A stretch of DNA of 63,471 nt, filler included, from Nemertoderma westbladi (Eukaryota > Animalia > Xenacoelomorpha), in assembly GCA_032718475.1 (NCBI GenBank). It is 3 parts of 3 records of this genome, joined end to end, with 100 filler letters (N's around TTAATTAATTAA, not from the genome) between each part and the next. Parts side by side here need not be neighbours in the genome. Positions count along the whole stretch, not along the records: positions 1 to 20,619 come from JAUCBJ010006923.1; 2 more parts are not named here. One strand, written 5' to 3'. The notes below the pieces were generated by a model, which was not told the origin of the DNA, searched no databases, and saw only the letters and a list, made by a program, of their open reading frames with translations. Position numbers and translations under genes: made by a program. Numbering within the stretch: the first letter of the stretch is position 1; each line of letters opens with the position of its first letter. This document shows positions 1 to 11,521 of the stretch, piece by piece.

Positions 1-822
1 CAGGGCCAGCAGTACACTGCACTGTGTACCGCAGGGCCAGCAGTACACAGCACTGTGTACCGCAGGGCCAGCGGTACACTGCACTGTGTACCGCAGGGCC
101 AGCAGTACACTGCACTGTGTACCACAGGGCCAGCAGTACACTGCACTGTGTACCACAGGGCCAGCAGTACACTGCACTGTGTACCGCAGGGCCAGCAGTA
201 CACTGCACTGTGTACCGTAGGGCCAGCAGTACACTGCACTGTGTACCGCAGGGCCAGCAGTACACTGCACTGTGTACCGCAGGGCCAGCAGTACACTGCA
301 CTGTGTACCGCAGGGCCAGCAGTACACTGCACTGTGTACCGCAGGGCCAGCAGTACACTGCACTGTGTACCGCAGGGCCAGCGGTACACTGCACTGTGTA
401 CCGCAGGGCCAGCAGTACACTGCACTGTGTACCGCAGGGCCAGCAGTACACTGCACTGTGTACCGCAGGGCCAGCGGTACACTGCACTGTGTACCGCAGG
501 GCCAGCAGTACACTGCACTGTGTACCGCAGGGCCAGCAGTACACTGCACTGTGTACCGCAGGGCCAGCAGTACACTGCACTGTGTACCGCAGGGCCAGCA
601 GTACACTGCACTGTGTACCGCAGGGCCAGCAGTACACTGCACTGTGTACCGCAGGGCCAGCGGTACACTGCACTGTGTACCGCAGGGCCAGCAGTACACT
701 GCACTGTGTACCGCAGGGCCAGCAGTACACTGCACTGTGTATCGCAGGGCCAGCAGTACACTGCACTGTGTACCGCAGGGCCAGCAGTACACTGCACTGT
801 GTACCGCAGGGCCAGCAGTACA
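1..822. repeat. 31-bp tandem satellite (CAGGGCCAGCAGTACACTGCACTGTGTACCG)n, about 26 copies, truncated by the window edge
   Basis: Near-identical 31-nt units read directly. The three plus-strand ORFs here are translations of the repeat. Confidence 0.97.
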
Positions 823-1109
823 CCACTGAGTGTGAACGACCCAGCGGAAAGCGAGCAGTACGTGATTTTGATTAACGTTGACTGTGAACGAGCCAACATG
901 TAGTTGTGCGGTTTACTGATGCTCATTCAAATATGGTAATACATTGACTGTCTTCGTCTAGACTGTTGAATAAACTGTGAACAGATGGACTAAAGAGTTA
1001 TTTCAACCCTTTAACTCACATACTGTTAGTATTATAGTGTTTAATTTGAAAATATTCCTGTGGCAATCGACATGTTTTCCTGATTTGCGAAAATTAAATC
1101 GCCATAATT

Positions 1110-1309
1110 CCATGTGAAGAATATCAAAAGGTTTTCACTTTTCGGTCAAATGTTACTGGAATTTATACATTTGTACAAGAATTTATTTTTCCTTATTAAG
1201 TGATTCATCGCTCATTTCTATAACCTATACAAATACGATAATTCGTTTACTGTTTTGGTTTGATTCTGTAACCTTGGATTTTAATAAAAACCTGCGATTC
1301 TTCACATGG
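1110..1309. mobile_element. Degenerate copy of the CCATGTGAAGAAT-TIR MITE family
   Basis: ccatgtgaagaat ... attcttcacatgg inverted ends. The interior resembles 13978-14253 and 62188-62520. Confidence 0.65.
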
Positions 1310-1494
1310 CGCTAAACTGCAAAGTAAAACATAACAGCAGAAATCTCTGGAACTTCACCTGTCCACTAATTCAAGCAATCACTGATTGGTCGGCCCAAAT
1401 GGCCTACCAATCAGATAGCGCTTGAATGAGTTGCTTATAATAAATACTAAATATAATAATAATAATAATAAGGCCGATAGAAAAAATAATAAAG

Positions 1495-1842
1495 TATTGA
1501 GGGTCTTTAGCTGGTTATATTATATTAGATAAAGATACAATAGTAAACGTTTTCGACCTACCGGTCTGCATCAGTCTATGTACTGTCAACTAACAGGAAA
1601 AGGTGGGGGTCTATATATATATATATAAGTTTTAAAGGGGAATACCTGATAGGTGAATCCCAGAAAGGTTAACGTGTATGTATGTACTGTATAACGTAAG
1701 GTAATTGTGATAGGGAAAGTACACCGAGTTAGTTATAAGCTTTATACAGCTCTATATAGCTATATACTTTATTATTTTTTCTATCATCTTTACACTATGC
1801 TGCCGCTGGTCAATGCCTACCACTTCATCCGTTCGTTTAATA
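1495..1842 (-). mobile_element. Interspersed repeat, probable Penelope-like element remnant (second copy at about 41308-41523)
   Basis: Shares long blocks with 41308-41523 (tattgagggtctttagctggttatattatatt ... cctaccacttcatccgttcgtttaataa) and contains a hammerhead-like motif. Confidence 0.55.
1540..1579 (-). ncRNA. Minimal type I hammerhead ribozyme-like motif (variant core)
   Basis: Minus strand reads ATAGA-CTGATG-CA-GACC-ggta-GGTC-GAAA-ACGT-TT-ACTAT: stem I, CUGAUG core, 4-bp stem II, GAAA and palindromic stem III. The core deviates from CUGANGA. Confidence 0.5.
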
Positions 1843-2437
1843 ATAAGGCCATTAGAGGCTGCTAATTTCAAGCTTAGCATGTTGGACATACTTTAACATT
1901 TATATGTTCAATATTTAATAAAATATTTAATCTTCAATATAAAAGTTCAATAAACATGTAATTGTTTAATGCAGTATCCCACTACCAGAAAGCTAAAGCC
2001 TAATGTCTTCATTTTATAATAATGCACTTGTACACTTATGTACTCCAATATACACTTATCTGACAGTACTTTACAATTTGCAGTCTTGGAATTTGGATGT
2101 TTTAACGACTCCTGGTACGGTGGGATGGTACAGTTGGGTGGTGTTTCAGCTCGGAAGATTCGCAGGGAACTGCCAATGCCTAATAGTTTGAAATGCAACA
2201 GCAAAAGTGCAGAATAGAAAAGACAGTTTCAAAAAAATTTTCAAACATCAGACAATCAATCAACAATCACAGTGTCTGTTATTGATAAAACAATTTTAAG
2301 TTAGGGTACAAAATGCACTTATTGACCAATTTCACAATTAATATAAAAAAGATACAGATGACTAACGGATTTATAAAACTTTCACAAAAACAAAAATCTT
2401 AAATAAAATATTGTTCCATGTATTTTTAATTCTTGAA

Positions 2438-2620
2438 TATTTTCTTATATTTTCTTATATTTTCTTATATTTTCTTATATTTTCTTATATTTTCTTATAT
2501 TTTCTATTTTCTTATATTTTCTTATATTTTTTATATTTTCTTATATTTTCTTATATTTTCTTAGATTTTCTTAGATTTTCTTATATTTTCTTATATTTTC
2601 TTATATTTTCTTATATTTCT
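2438..2620. repeat. 10-bp tandem repeat (TATTTTCTTA)n
   Basis: About 18 units read directly. Confidence 0.95.
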
Positions 2621-3748
2621 ATTGTGTAATTCTTGTATATTATGTTTATTGTTATTGTAATTCAATTGAATTCCATTTATTAAACAATTTGACAGTGTGC
2701 TGCATTCTATAATATATAATTGAGCTTTCAAATGATATACACTAAACCGCACAGAAGTATTGGGAAAGATTCTTTGATTTTTTACTTTGATTGCAGATTA
2801 TCTTTCAATATTATTATTACAGCTGTTATTAAATGTATTTATTATCATGTCATCACTATTAATAACCAGATATAGGAATAAATAAATTATAGTTTAACTT
2901 ACCAAATGTTTTTATTCTTCACAAACTATTGAATTCAGCAGTTTTTGGTTATTAAAGTCGTTATATAATTAACGGGAACGCGTTGAATATCAAATAAAAG
3001 CGATCTTTAGCGTCGGTAAAAAATAGTTTAATACTTACAAAGAAAATAGCAATAGAAAAGAAAACAACTGCCAATGCACATTTGCTTAGTATTTACATCT
3101 TTGGGATGCCTTTAATGTCAGATTTTATATAGGAAGCTAACTTTGTTACTGGGGAACAGTTTTAAAGGAACGACCAATGGGATTACAGTTGCTCCAGAGC
3201 AGGATCAATTGAATCCTAAAAAGAGAGAAAGTATTTCAGACAAATCTTTCTTTGCATCTTACTGGCAGAACACATAAACCATCTGGTGCATGTTGTTTTA
3301 TTCATAAAACTTTGCGCTTGAATACAGATTCAGTTGAGTATATAAAGGATCAGCGCTCCACCAGCCACCACTCACCACCGAAGTTATTAAACTATAACAG
3401 ATAGCCGACATTGGGTTTATCATCACCCGGCACATGCGAATCTGTTTCCCGTATGATGTAAATCCACATATATGAAACAGATAAAGATTATAGATGACTG
3501 CTCCAATGCACCAAGCGAACAGAACAAGCGAACGTATGTGAGGGTGTATCATGTAGGATGTGGGTGTCCTTTATCCAGACAAAGTAACATTTATTTAAAA
3601 AGACTTTCCATAATATACTAACTATATTATATTTTATCGGTAGTATTGAATACCGATATATTCCTTTCACCTGAAGGAAAAAAACAGTATAACTACTGAG
3701 GCCGAAGCCCGAGCAAGTTAAACAACGTTTTTTAGTGAAAGTAATATA

Positions 3749-3864
3749 TGACTAGCTGTCTGGTACCGGTCGTCCGTATATTCAGTAAGTCAGTATACCG
3801 GTATATCCATAACGCATACAGATACAAGACTAGGGGCGAGCCATCGAGGCGAGTCTACTACACA
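3749..3864 (-). repeat. 3' LTR of the gypsy element
   Basis: Direct repeat of 8484-8599. A purine run (gaagggg, minus strand) lies just inside it. Confidence 0.95.
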
Positions 3865-3977
3865 TACCCCTTCGGCGAAGGGGGTGGGCTAAGTGCGATC
3901 TAGTTCGGCAGGTGGGGGCGAGCCATCGAGGCGAGTCTACTACACAGGGGATGGGGCGAGCCATAGGGGTGGGTCTT

Positions 3978-5110
3978 CTATTCATTACCATAACCATAAT
4001 ATGCTGGCGGTTGGACGAGTCTGCCAGAACGAGTATGGGTCGGGTTGGTTGGTTGTGGAGAGGCAACGGTGGACCATGGCCTCTGTGTTGGTGGATCGTG
4101 TGACGTTTGAGTCGGGGGTGTTGGTGGGGCGAGATGTGATGGCAGTGTGGGCTCAGGTTGGGCAGACGTAGGGGGTGGGGCGGGCGGGCCGCTAGGGGGC
4201 GCGCTGAATGTGCGGACACGCAAAAGGACGCGGTTCCGTCGCACAATTCGCCCGCACTCTTGGCGCACGTGGAAGTCGTGGCTGGGGAGGGCCTCGACCA
4301 CGGTTCCAAGGCCAGCCCAACGCTTAGTGGTGGGGTCTTGAATGGTAACCGGCTGGCCGACCAGGAGTGTTTTCAGTGGGCGTGTGTGGCGGTTATAGTT
4401 CGCCTGTAGTTCGTTGCGGTTGGTGGCAGCCACCTCGTCCAGCTCCCTGAATGTTTGGCGCCACTTGGGGGCGAAGGAGGTAAAGTGGACGGGGAGGGCC
4501 TCCCGGACGTTGCGACCGTACAGGAGCTCGGCAGGGGATCGACCACCGTAGCGTGGGGTGTTGCGGAAAGCCAGGATCCCCTGCGCGATTGCGTCCGAGT
4601 CGTGGTTGGCCCCCAGGATGAGTTTCTTCATGGCCTTGACCGCGGCCTCGGCACGGCCATTGGTGCGCACCAGGTAGGGGCTGGAGGGCTCGAGCTGGAC
4701 CCCCCACTGGTGGAGGAACTGGCGGACTTCGTTAGATACGAATTGGGGGCCACTGTCGGGGTGGAGGATTGTAGGGACGGCGGTGGCGAGGAAGAGGTGG
4801 CGGAGGCAGTTGATGATCGCGCGAGATGTTGTGTCTGAGTTGAGGCGGTACAGCGTGGGCCAGCCGGTATACTCGTCGGTGACCACTAAGTATTTAATGG
4901 CGCCGACCTGGAAGAGGTCGGCATGGGTGCGCTGGAAGGGCCTCGTGGCCTCCGGGTTGTGTTGGAGGGGCGTGGGTGGGGAGGTTGGTCTGGCAGGAAC
5001 GGCATCGATTTACTGTTTGTTGGATGTCGTTCAGCAGGGATGGCCACCAGACCGACCTGGTCGCACGATCCCGAGTCTTGTTCAGCCCCTGGTGGGCAGT
5101 GTGTAGCTGT
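3978..5110 (-). pseudogene. Gypsy integrase interrupted by two frameshifts (about 5110 and about 4970)
   Basis: HHCC domain (LHTAHQG...CRSC) in ORF 4894-5136. DDE core (HADLF, PDSGPQF, NGRAEAAVK) in the frame of ORF 3978-4886. Confidence 0.88.
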
Positions 5111-8100
5111 TTTGAGGGTAGTGCGGCGTAACTCAAAGGGGATGTAAAGTTGAGGGCCTTTTAGGATCACCCCCTCGTGGATCATCAGGTCGGCGCGGTG
5201 GACGAAGTAGGGCCGGCGTTGGTCGTCGACCACGTTGTGTTTTGAGGTCGGCCAACCCTCTTGGATGACGTTGAGGAGGGCGCGGTAAACTGGGTCGCGT
5301 TGGCCGGCCTCCTGAACTTGCTTGATACGCGCGTCCCGGGAATCAAGCGATGGGAGTTGGCTGATGGCGGCATTCACCATGAATTCCCGGTCTGCGTCGT
5401 CGTCGGGGGTCAGAAGTAAGTCGTCGGGCTCAGGTGTGTGGAGGGGGGCACGGGAAAACGCGTCGGCGACGAGGTGCTTCGAACTGCGTTGGTGGTGTGC
5501 GGTGAAGTTGAACTGGGCCAATGCAGTCTTCAACTTCAGGAGGCGATCGTTGGTTACCTGGTCCAGGCGGCGGTCATTGAGTACTGGGAACAGGGGGCTG
5601 CAGTCCGTCACCAGGTTGAAGTGACGGAGGCCATCGAGGAAGTAGCGACATTTGTGGGCAGCCCAGGCGGCACCCAAGGCCTCGAGTTCGGCCATCCCGG
5701 ACCAGTTGGCCTTGTGTTTCACGAGGTTCCGGGAACCGCACTGAATGGTCATCCACCCGTTCCGGGACGAGTCCCACTGCCTCAGAAGGAAACCGAGTCC
5801 ATTCAGGCGGGAGGCATCAGTGAGGAGGTCGGTATGACGATCGGGATGGAACCCGGAGAGGTAGCGTGCGGTGGAGAGTGCGGTGCGGGTTGCCTCGAAC
5901 GCAGCCTGGTGCTGGGGGAGCCACAACCAAGCGGAGTGGTTGGAGTTCAGGCTGCGGAGGGGCTCCACCAGTTGGGTGATCTCGGTGGTGGAGTTGCCAA
6001 GTTGCTGAGCCAGGCCGAGGAAGGATCGGAGTTCTTTCCGACATGTCGGGATGGGGAAGTGACGAAGGTTGTCCGTGAGCTCCGGGTCGATGCGGTGCTG
6101 GCCGTGTGAGATTACATAGCCGCCGAATCTCACCTCGGGAAGGCAGAACTGCACCTTCTTGGTGTTTATCGAGATGTCGGCGGCGTCGCAGGCTGCAAGA
6201 ACCCGGGCGACGGCTTCCTCGTGGTCTTCCTCGGTGTCAGAATACACCAGGATGTCCTCCACGATCCTGGCGATGTTGGGGACGCCGTGCAGGGCCTTGG
6301 GCATTCGGGCGTTGAAAACGTCCGAACTGCCATGCCATCCCATGGGCATCCTGCGGTACCGGTAGCGACCACGCGGGGTGACGAAGGTGGTCAACTTCCG
6401 GCTCGCGGTGTCCAGTTCCACCTGGTGGAACCCCTTCAGCCCATCCAGGACTGAGAAGAATTGCGCGGATGGTGGAATCCGAGAGACAACCTGGAACGGG
6501 GCTGGGGAGAAGTAGGCAGGTCGGATGGTGTGCCTGTTGAGTTGCTGGAGGTCCACCGTGATGCGAACTGAGTTGGGGTCCTTCTTCCGGGTGACAACCA
6601 TGGGACTGAGCCACGCGCTCGGGTCGTTCTCGTTATCTGCGGGCTCAAGGATCCCCATGGTGACTTGGTTACGGAGTTCCCGGTCGAAGGCATCCTCCAA
6701 GTTGGCAGGGATGGCACGGTTCGCATACGAGAAAGTTGGAGAGGCGTCCTTGCGGAGTTTGATTGTTATTGGGCTGCCTCTCATTACCCGACAGATCCCT
6801 GACAGTGGACGTGGGAACCGGGCCGCGAGTTTATCCCATGTGGTGCTGGTGGTTGTAGCTGCTGGTGCAGTAGCCAGGGCTGGTGGTGGCGGGGTCGGGA
6901 TAGCAACCGGTTCGGGCGGGGTCGGCTGTGCTGGCCGGGCCGCAATGGAGTAGCACTGTGGGCGTGGCGGGGTACCTCCTCGCAGGATCGGGCTCGACAG
7001 GATCCCGAGGAGGAAACACGCCTTGCTTGACAGCAGTGGTTGTTGGAGACCGTCTAGCACCCAGACCTCGGTGGTGCATGCTGTGCGGAGCGCCAAGCAC
7101 TGGAAGGTGGCCTTGAAGATCCCTTTGAACGACCAGCCAGTCCTACTGCCATCAGCGAGTTTGGGGGCCTGTGGGGCAGGGACTGGTTGCCATAGGTTGG
7201 CCAACCACCCCCCGAAGGCGAGAAACGTACGGAGCGGAATTCCAGTTATGTTGGCTCCGGAATCGGGGAGGAATTGGAGCTCGCGGATGCCGAAGGAGGT
7301 GTTGGCGGCAACCTGGAACCCGACTGTGATGGTCTCCAGCGGCTCCAGCTGCTCCATCGCTGACATGAGTTCGGCGCCGGCGAGGAGGGACCAAACCTCG
7401 GCGAGGTTGGTCGAAGAGAAGTCGGAGTCCGGGTTGGTGTGGTTAGGTGCCCCAGATGTCATGTTGGTGTTTGGTCGGCGGGGACACATCCGGTCGTAGT
7501 GTCCCATGTTGCCACAGTGACGGCAGGTCGCATCGAGACCGGGACACTGTTTACCGATGGGGTGAGGCGGATAACCGCACTGGGGGCAGTGGGCACTGGA
7601 AGTAGTGCCGTGGGGACGGCCCGAGCGCCCTCGTTCGGGTTGCCGGGGGCGCAGTGCGTTGGCCCGAGCTGCAGACGATGCGGGTGCGGGGTTCGCGAAG
7701 GAGGCGGCGTCTTTCCGGGCGGCCCACACGGCCTGCGCTAGTTGCAGTACGTCGGTGAGGGAACTTCCAGCGGGGAGGCGGAGAAGGTGTTCGGTCACCT
7801 CCTGGTCGTGGAATCCAGCGATGAACAGATCCAGGAGGCGATCGTTTGTATCGGCATTGGCAGTGGGAAGCGCTACGAAACCGCATTTGGTGGCGATGTC
7901 ACGGAGGTGCACCAGGAATGTTTCGGGTGGTTCATCTGGGAGGCGGTTTCGGCGGGCGAGTTCCTGGCGGTGGACTCGCTTGTTCGTCCACCCGTCAATG
8001 TGAGTGCCGAGCTTCCCGAGTACCGTATCGGGATCGGAGTTCTCGGCAGTGGTTAGACCAAGTCCCTTTACGACGGCGTTCGTGCTCCGCGAGAAGGCCG

Positions 8101-8353
8101 TTGTCAGGGCGGCGCGTCGTTGCCGGTTGGTGGCGGTGAGGAGTCGCGCGGAGGCTTGTGGGTCTGGAGGGACAGAGGTGTCTGTCACACGGAGGTTGCC
8201 CAGGCCGGACGTGACGAGGAAGGCCTCCCACTCGTCCTTCCACAGGTCCCAGGTCGATCGCTCTGAGTCGATATCGAATGGTGGGGGTGCGCTGCGGAGG
8301 ATAAAAGTGAGAGGGTCGCGGTTGTCGGCGGGCGCGGGCAGGTGCGTATCCAT
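4886..8353 (-). CDS. Gag-Pol polyprotein (gag, protease, RT, RNase H) of the gypsy element; goes out of frame near 5110
   Basis: Two CCHC knuckles (CPQCGYPPH..C and CRHCGNMGHYDRMC), protease FLPDSGA, RT LDGLKGFHQ / RMPMG / IVEDIL, RNase H TDAS..ELEA..TD..ADAFSR. Confidence 0.92.
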   Translation of the reverse strand: MDTHLPAPADNRDPLTFILRSAPPPFDIDSERSTWDLWKDEWEAFLVTSGLGNLRVTDTSVPPDPQASARLLTATNRQRRAALTTAFSRSTNAVVKGLGLTTAENSDPDTVLGKLGTHIDGWTNKRVHRQELARRNRLPDEPPETFLVHLRDIATKCGFVALPTANADTNDRLLDLFIAGFHDQEVTEHLLRLPAGSSLTDVLQLAQAVWAARKDAASFANPAPASSAARANALRPRQPERGRSGRPHGTTSSAHCPQCGYPPHPIGKQCPGLDATCRHCGNMGHYDRMCPRRPNTNMTSGAPNHTNPDSDFSSTNLAEVWSLLAGAELMSAMEQLEPLETITVGFQVAANTSFGIRELQFLPDSGANITGIPLRTFLAFGGWLANLWQPVPAPQAPKLADGSRTGWSFKGIFKATFQCLALRTACTTEVWVLDGLQQPLLSSKACFLLGILSSPILRGGTPPRPQCYSIAARPAQPTPPEPVAIPTPPPPALATAPAATTTSTTWDKLAARFPRPLSGICRVMRGSPITIKLRKDASPTFSYANRAIPANLEDAFDRELRNQVTMGILEPADNENDPSAWLSPMVVTRKKDPNSVRITVDLQQLNRHTIRPAYFSPAPFQVVSRIPPSAQFFSVLDGLKGFHQVELDTASRKLTTFVTPRGRYRYRRMPMGWHGSSDVFNARMPKALHGVPNIARIVEDILVYSDTEEDHEEAVARVLAACDAADISINTKKVQFCLPEVRFGGYVISHGQHRIDPELTDNLRHFPIPTCRKELRSFLGLAQQLGNSTTEITQLVEPLRSLNSNHSAWLWLPQHQAAFEATRTALSTARYLSGFHPDRHTDLLTDASRLNGLGFLLRQWDSSRNGWMTIQCGSRNLVKHKANWSGMAELEALGAAWAAHKCRYFLDGLRHFNLVTDCSPLFPVLNDRRLDQVTNDRLLKLKTALAQFNFTAHHQRSSKHLVADAFSRAPLHTPEPDDLLLTPDDDADREFMVNAAISQLPSLDSRDARIKQVQEAGQRDPVYRALLNVIQEGWPTSKHNVVDDQRRPYFVHRADLMIHEGVILKGPQLYIPFELRRTTLKTATHCPPGAEQDSGSCDQVGLVAIPAERHPTNSKSMPFLPDQPPHPRPSNTTRRPRGPSSAPMPTSSRSAPLNT

Positions 8354-8483
8354 GTTCAGGCAAGTACTGCAGTAGGATCAGAAGATAGCAAGTGACAGAT
8401 AGTGGTTTTACAGTTTTAGGCAGTCAGGTGTGGCAGTTTGGGCAGTGAGTGTCACGGTAGGTTCGAGAACCAAAGCTGCGCCA

Positions 8484-8599
8484 TGACTAGCTGTCTGGTA
8501 CCGGTCGTCCATATATTCAGTAAGTCAGTATACCGGTATATCCATGACGCATACAGATACAAGACAAGGGGCGAGCCATCGAGGCGAGTCTACTACACA
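8484..8599 (-). repeat. 5' LTR of the gypsy element
   Basis: Direct repeat of 3749-3864, followed on the minus strand by TGGCGCAGC (PBS resembling a tRNA-Ser 3' end). Confidence 0.95.
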
Positions 8600-10937
8600 A
8601 TATACATTAGTTACTCACTTGTAATTGACCAATAAGAATACAGAGAATGCATGAAAAATATGTGATAAACACATACTGTATTGTATAGCAGCAATATTTT
8701 CAGTGTGACTTTGGTGGAACCAAGAATAAATGTGTAAAAATGTGTAATAAGTATGGGGCCACTTAAATACGTGAATTTCACGTGTTATATGTTAACCAGC
8801 CCAGAAAATTCAAGAAAACCCATACCCACTCTTGTACTTTTCGCATCATCTGGTACCCGTAATTCAGAAACTTTGGGGGTTCTTTCACCCCCAATTAAAT
8901 ACGGAAGAACTTTAAAATATGAAAATGAGGGGATTTGTGGATTTTTGGTTCACCAAAATTGGTGCGCGACTCCATATTTTAAATTAATTTGTTTTCATTT
9001 CTAAGTGTTCCAAATTAGAGGTTTCCCTTCATGCTAAATCGAATTAAAAATTAATAGTACTTTCATAATCTTACAAAAGTCACTAGAATTGAAATTTTCA
9101 CCGAAAATGAAAAATGTTATATTTGGAGTCCCGCCAAATATGAGCCCCCACTCTAAATTGGCACAAACCTTAATTTACATTGTATTGAAAGTAGTCCAAT
9201 TCGATTCTGCATCCTTAAATATTGTCATTAAAAGCCACGCCAACATTTTGTTCAACATTTTGCCAAACTGACATATCGTTTAATCACTGTCTGTCAAGGT
9301 CTGTCACTGTCTGTCACTCTGTCTGTGGTCTGACTGTCAAAATACGCAATGCAAAATTTTCGCTTGCCATAGTTTTCCTGGTCGTTTATTTCATTTTTGA
9401 TGTCCGTTTTCATGGTTTTCATGGCTGTCTTCAGTCTGTCCGTCAAAAATTTCGTAGGCTTACTGCTGTGCTGGTCCCTGGGTCAGGTACAGGACTTTTA
9501 TGTATTAGCCTCTGTAATGAACTGACCAACTGGGTTACAAAAATAATAATTAAAACGGAAACTAACTCATTATTGCCCAGATTTTCCGACGAAACCATCT
9601 TTATGCATTGGTTGAGCCGCCACGTGGCACTAGGAGTTTGTTCATTAGTTATGAAATTATACTGTTCATTCCGAAAGATTATATATATATCTAAATAATT
9701 GTATAATAGTTTATATTATTATATAATAATAATACCATACAGGTGCCTGAAAATAATAATATATGTGATGCAGTATAACATATATGGATATATACATGTA
9801 TGTATATTATCTGCGTATATAAATATATACACATACATATATACAATATATATATCGTATTTATGATTTATATAAACGTAAATACATTTTATAAACTAGT
9901 TAAATAAATATTACTAGTGTAATCGCTATTTTTTTTAAATATTTTCTTTTGGCGTCTTGGTGATGATTTTTGGAGACATTTTAGTACCCAAAGGGTTAAA
10001 TGCTCTGAATTTTCTGCTGATTTTCGAATTTTCTTCCATTTAAAAACAGTATATAGAACATTTTACAGTTAAATCTTTCAATTCCAGGGACTACTGAAGC
10101 AAGGATTGGCACACGGTAAATCCAGACTGCGCTAGTGACGGCCATGTTGTTTAATTTACTGGTAACTAGTTTGACTGATAAACATACACATTCTCTGGGG
10201 TAAAATATTATGGTGAATCTATTTCTGGTATTAGTTTTTCAATTATCGGTTGCTTTCATGAATTATTTTCTATATTTTTTGTGTTTATAAATTATGTACC
10301 GGTAGTCCCTTTCGTTATGTCCTTTTGAAGTCATTCGTTATCAGGTGGCGTTATTTAGTTTCTATGTATTAATTGATTATTTGTTTAAAGAGGCAAAACA
10401 AATTTCATTATATTTTATAATTACTTTATAGGCCTATTATTTTTAGCCATTTATATTATCACTTTAAATTAATTTCAATTATACCAGTACGTCAGTAACG
10501 CCCATATCAGACAGTTTGAAGCCTATTGCGTGCAACCTTTGATTAAAGCTCCCGGCGGGCAATCACATCGTGTTGTGCCGTTTCCATGATGCCAGCTTGC
10601 TGTGGGTGATTCCAAAGGAAAAATGGTATGAATTTACTGGTATGAAATACTCAAACTTGGACAATGAGTAAGATGAGAATTAGGAGGCACAGCAGAGGAT
10701 GTACATCAGCTTGGAAATTGAGAACCAATAATGGTGGGGAGTAAGTGAAGGCATCATGGTATGAAAGGATTTGCAATCGTTTGGAGAACGTCTCCATCCA
10801 GTTTGGCAGTTTTAATGAAAAGGATTGATTCCAATGCTGTATCCCCCAAGTTGAGATCCCAGAAGGATTAGTTTTTAAGTATGGGAAGTAATATCACTTC
10901 AATAATATTAATGTTATACACTATAACATTGTTTACA

Positions 10938-11045
10938 CGACAATTCCGATCCGGACAATTCCGACTCACCCAGAAATCGTATGAAATTGTCATGGGTCAG
11001 AATTGTCCGGGTCGGAATTGTCCTAGGTCAGTATTGTCCGGAACC
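10938..11045. repeat. Short foldback of about 15-bp GACAATTCCGA units in opposing orientation (MITE remnant)
   Basis: Two gacaattccga copies on the left face three or four tc(g/a)gaattgtc-type copies on the right. Confidence 0.5.
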
Positions 11046-11521
11046 AAATAAATAAAACTATTTAATAAAAAGTACCGGTAATCAATAACAAAAATCTGTG
11101 TTCTAGAACACTATTATTTTTCTTAATTATTAGCTATTATATTTTAGAACATTTTAAAAGAAGTAGCAAAAACTAGCTAGTATTAAAAATGTGTTGGGAG
11201 TGTGTGCACAAAACACACTAGTACCTAATATATTCCATTCGAAAAATACTATGCAACTATAAAATTACATGTCTCGAACGAAGAATATCCTATTTTGAAA
11301 TTCTGTTTCAAGTCAATTTTGAAAATTGGGTGTTATTGACTGATACAGATTTTATATCACTACAAAGTGATCTGATAATTTTTAATCTTGGTTTCTATGG
11401 AAAGCAATTTTCGATCCATTCAAATACATATTTAATCTCCATTATATCACATGACGCTTATATTAAATGATAGCATCTTTTGATACTATAATTAATTTAA
11501 TTCATCATGAAGAACATTGAT

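Larger units (their letters stand above)
3749..8599 (-). mobile_element. Full-length Ty3/gypsy LTR retrotransposon (Mag-clade-like)
   Basis: 116-bp TG...CA LTRs at 3749-3864 and 8484-8599 (3 mismatches). 5-bp TSD ATATA at 3744-3748 and 8600-8604. Primer-binding site (PBS) TGGCGCAGC lies next to the 5' LTR. Domain order is gag-PR-RT-RH-INT. Confidence 0.97.

Noticed and set aside
1-903. CRISPR-like array or protein-coding ORFs in the 31-bp palindromic repeat
   Set aside because: Units are contiguous with no unique spacers, there are no cas genes, and the context is eukaryotic. The ORFs are repeat translations.
3830-8375. Many overlapping plus-strand and alternative-frame ORFs in the gypsy element
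   Set aside because: Expected shadows of a GC-rich coding sequence; no domain motifs.
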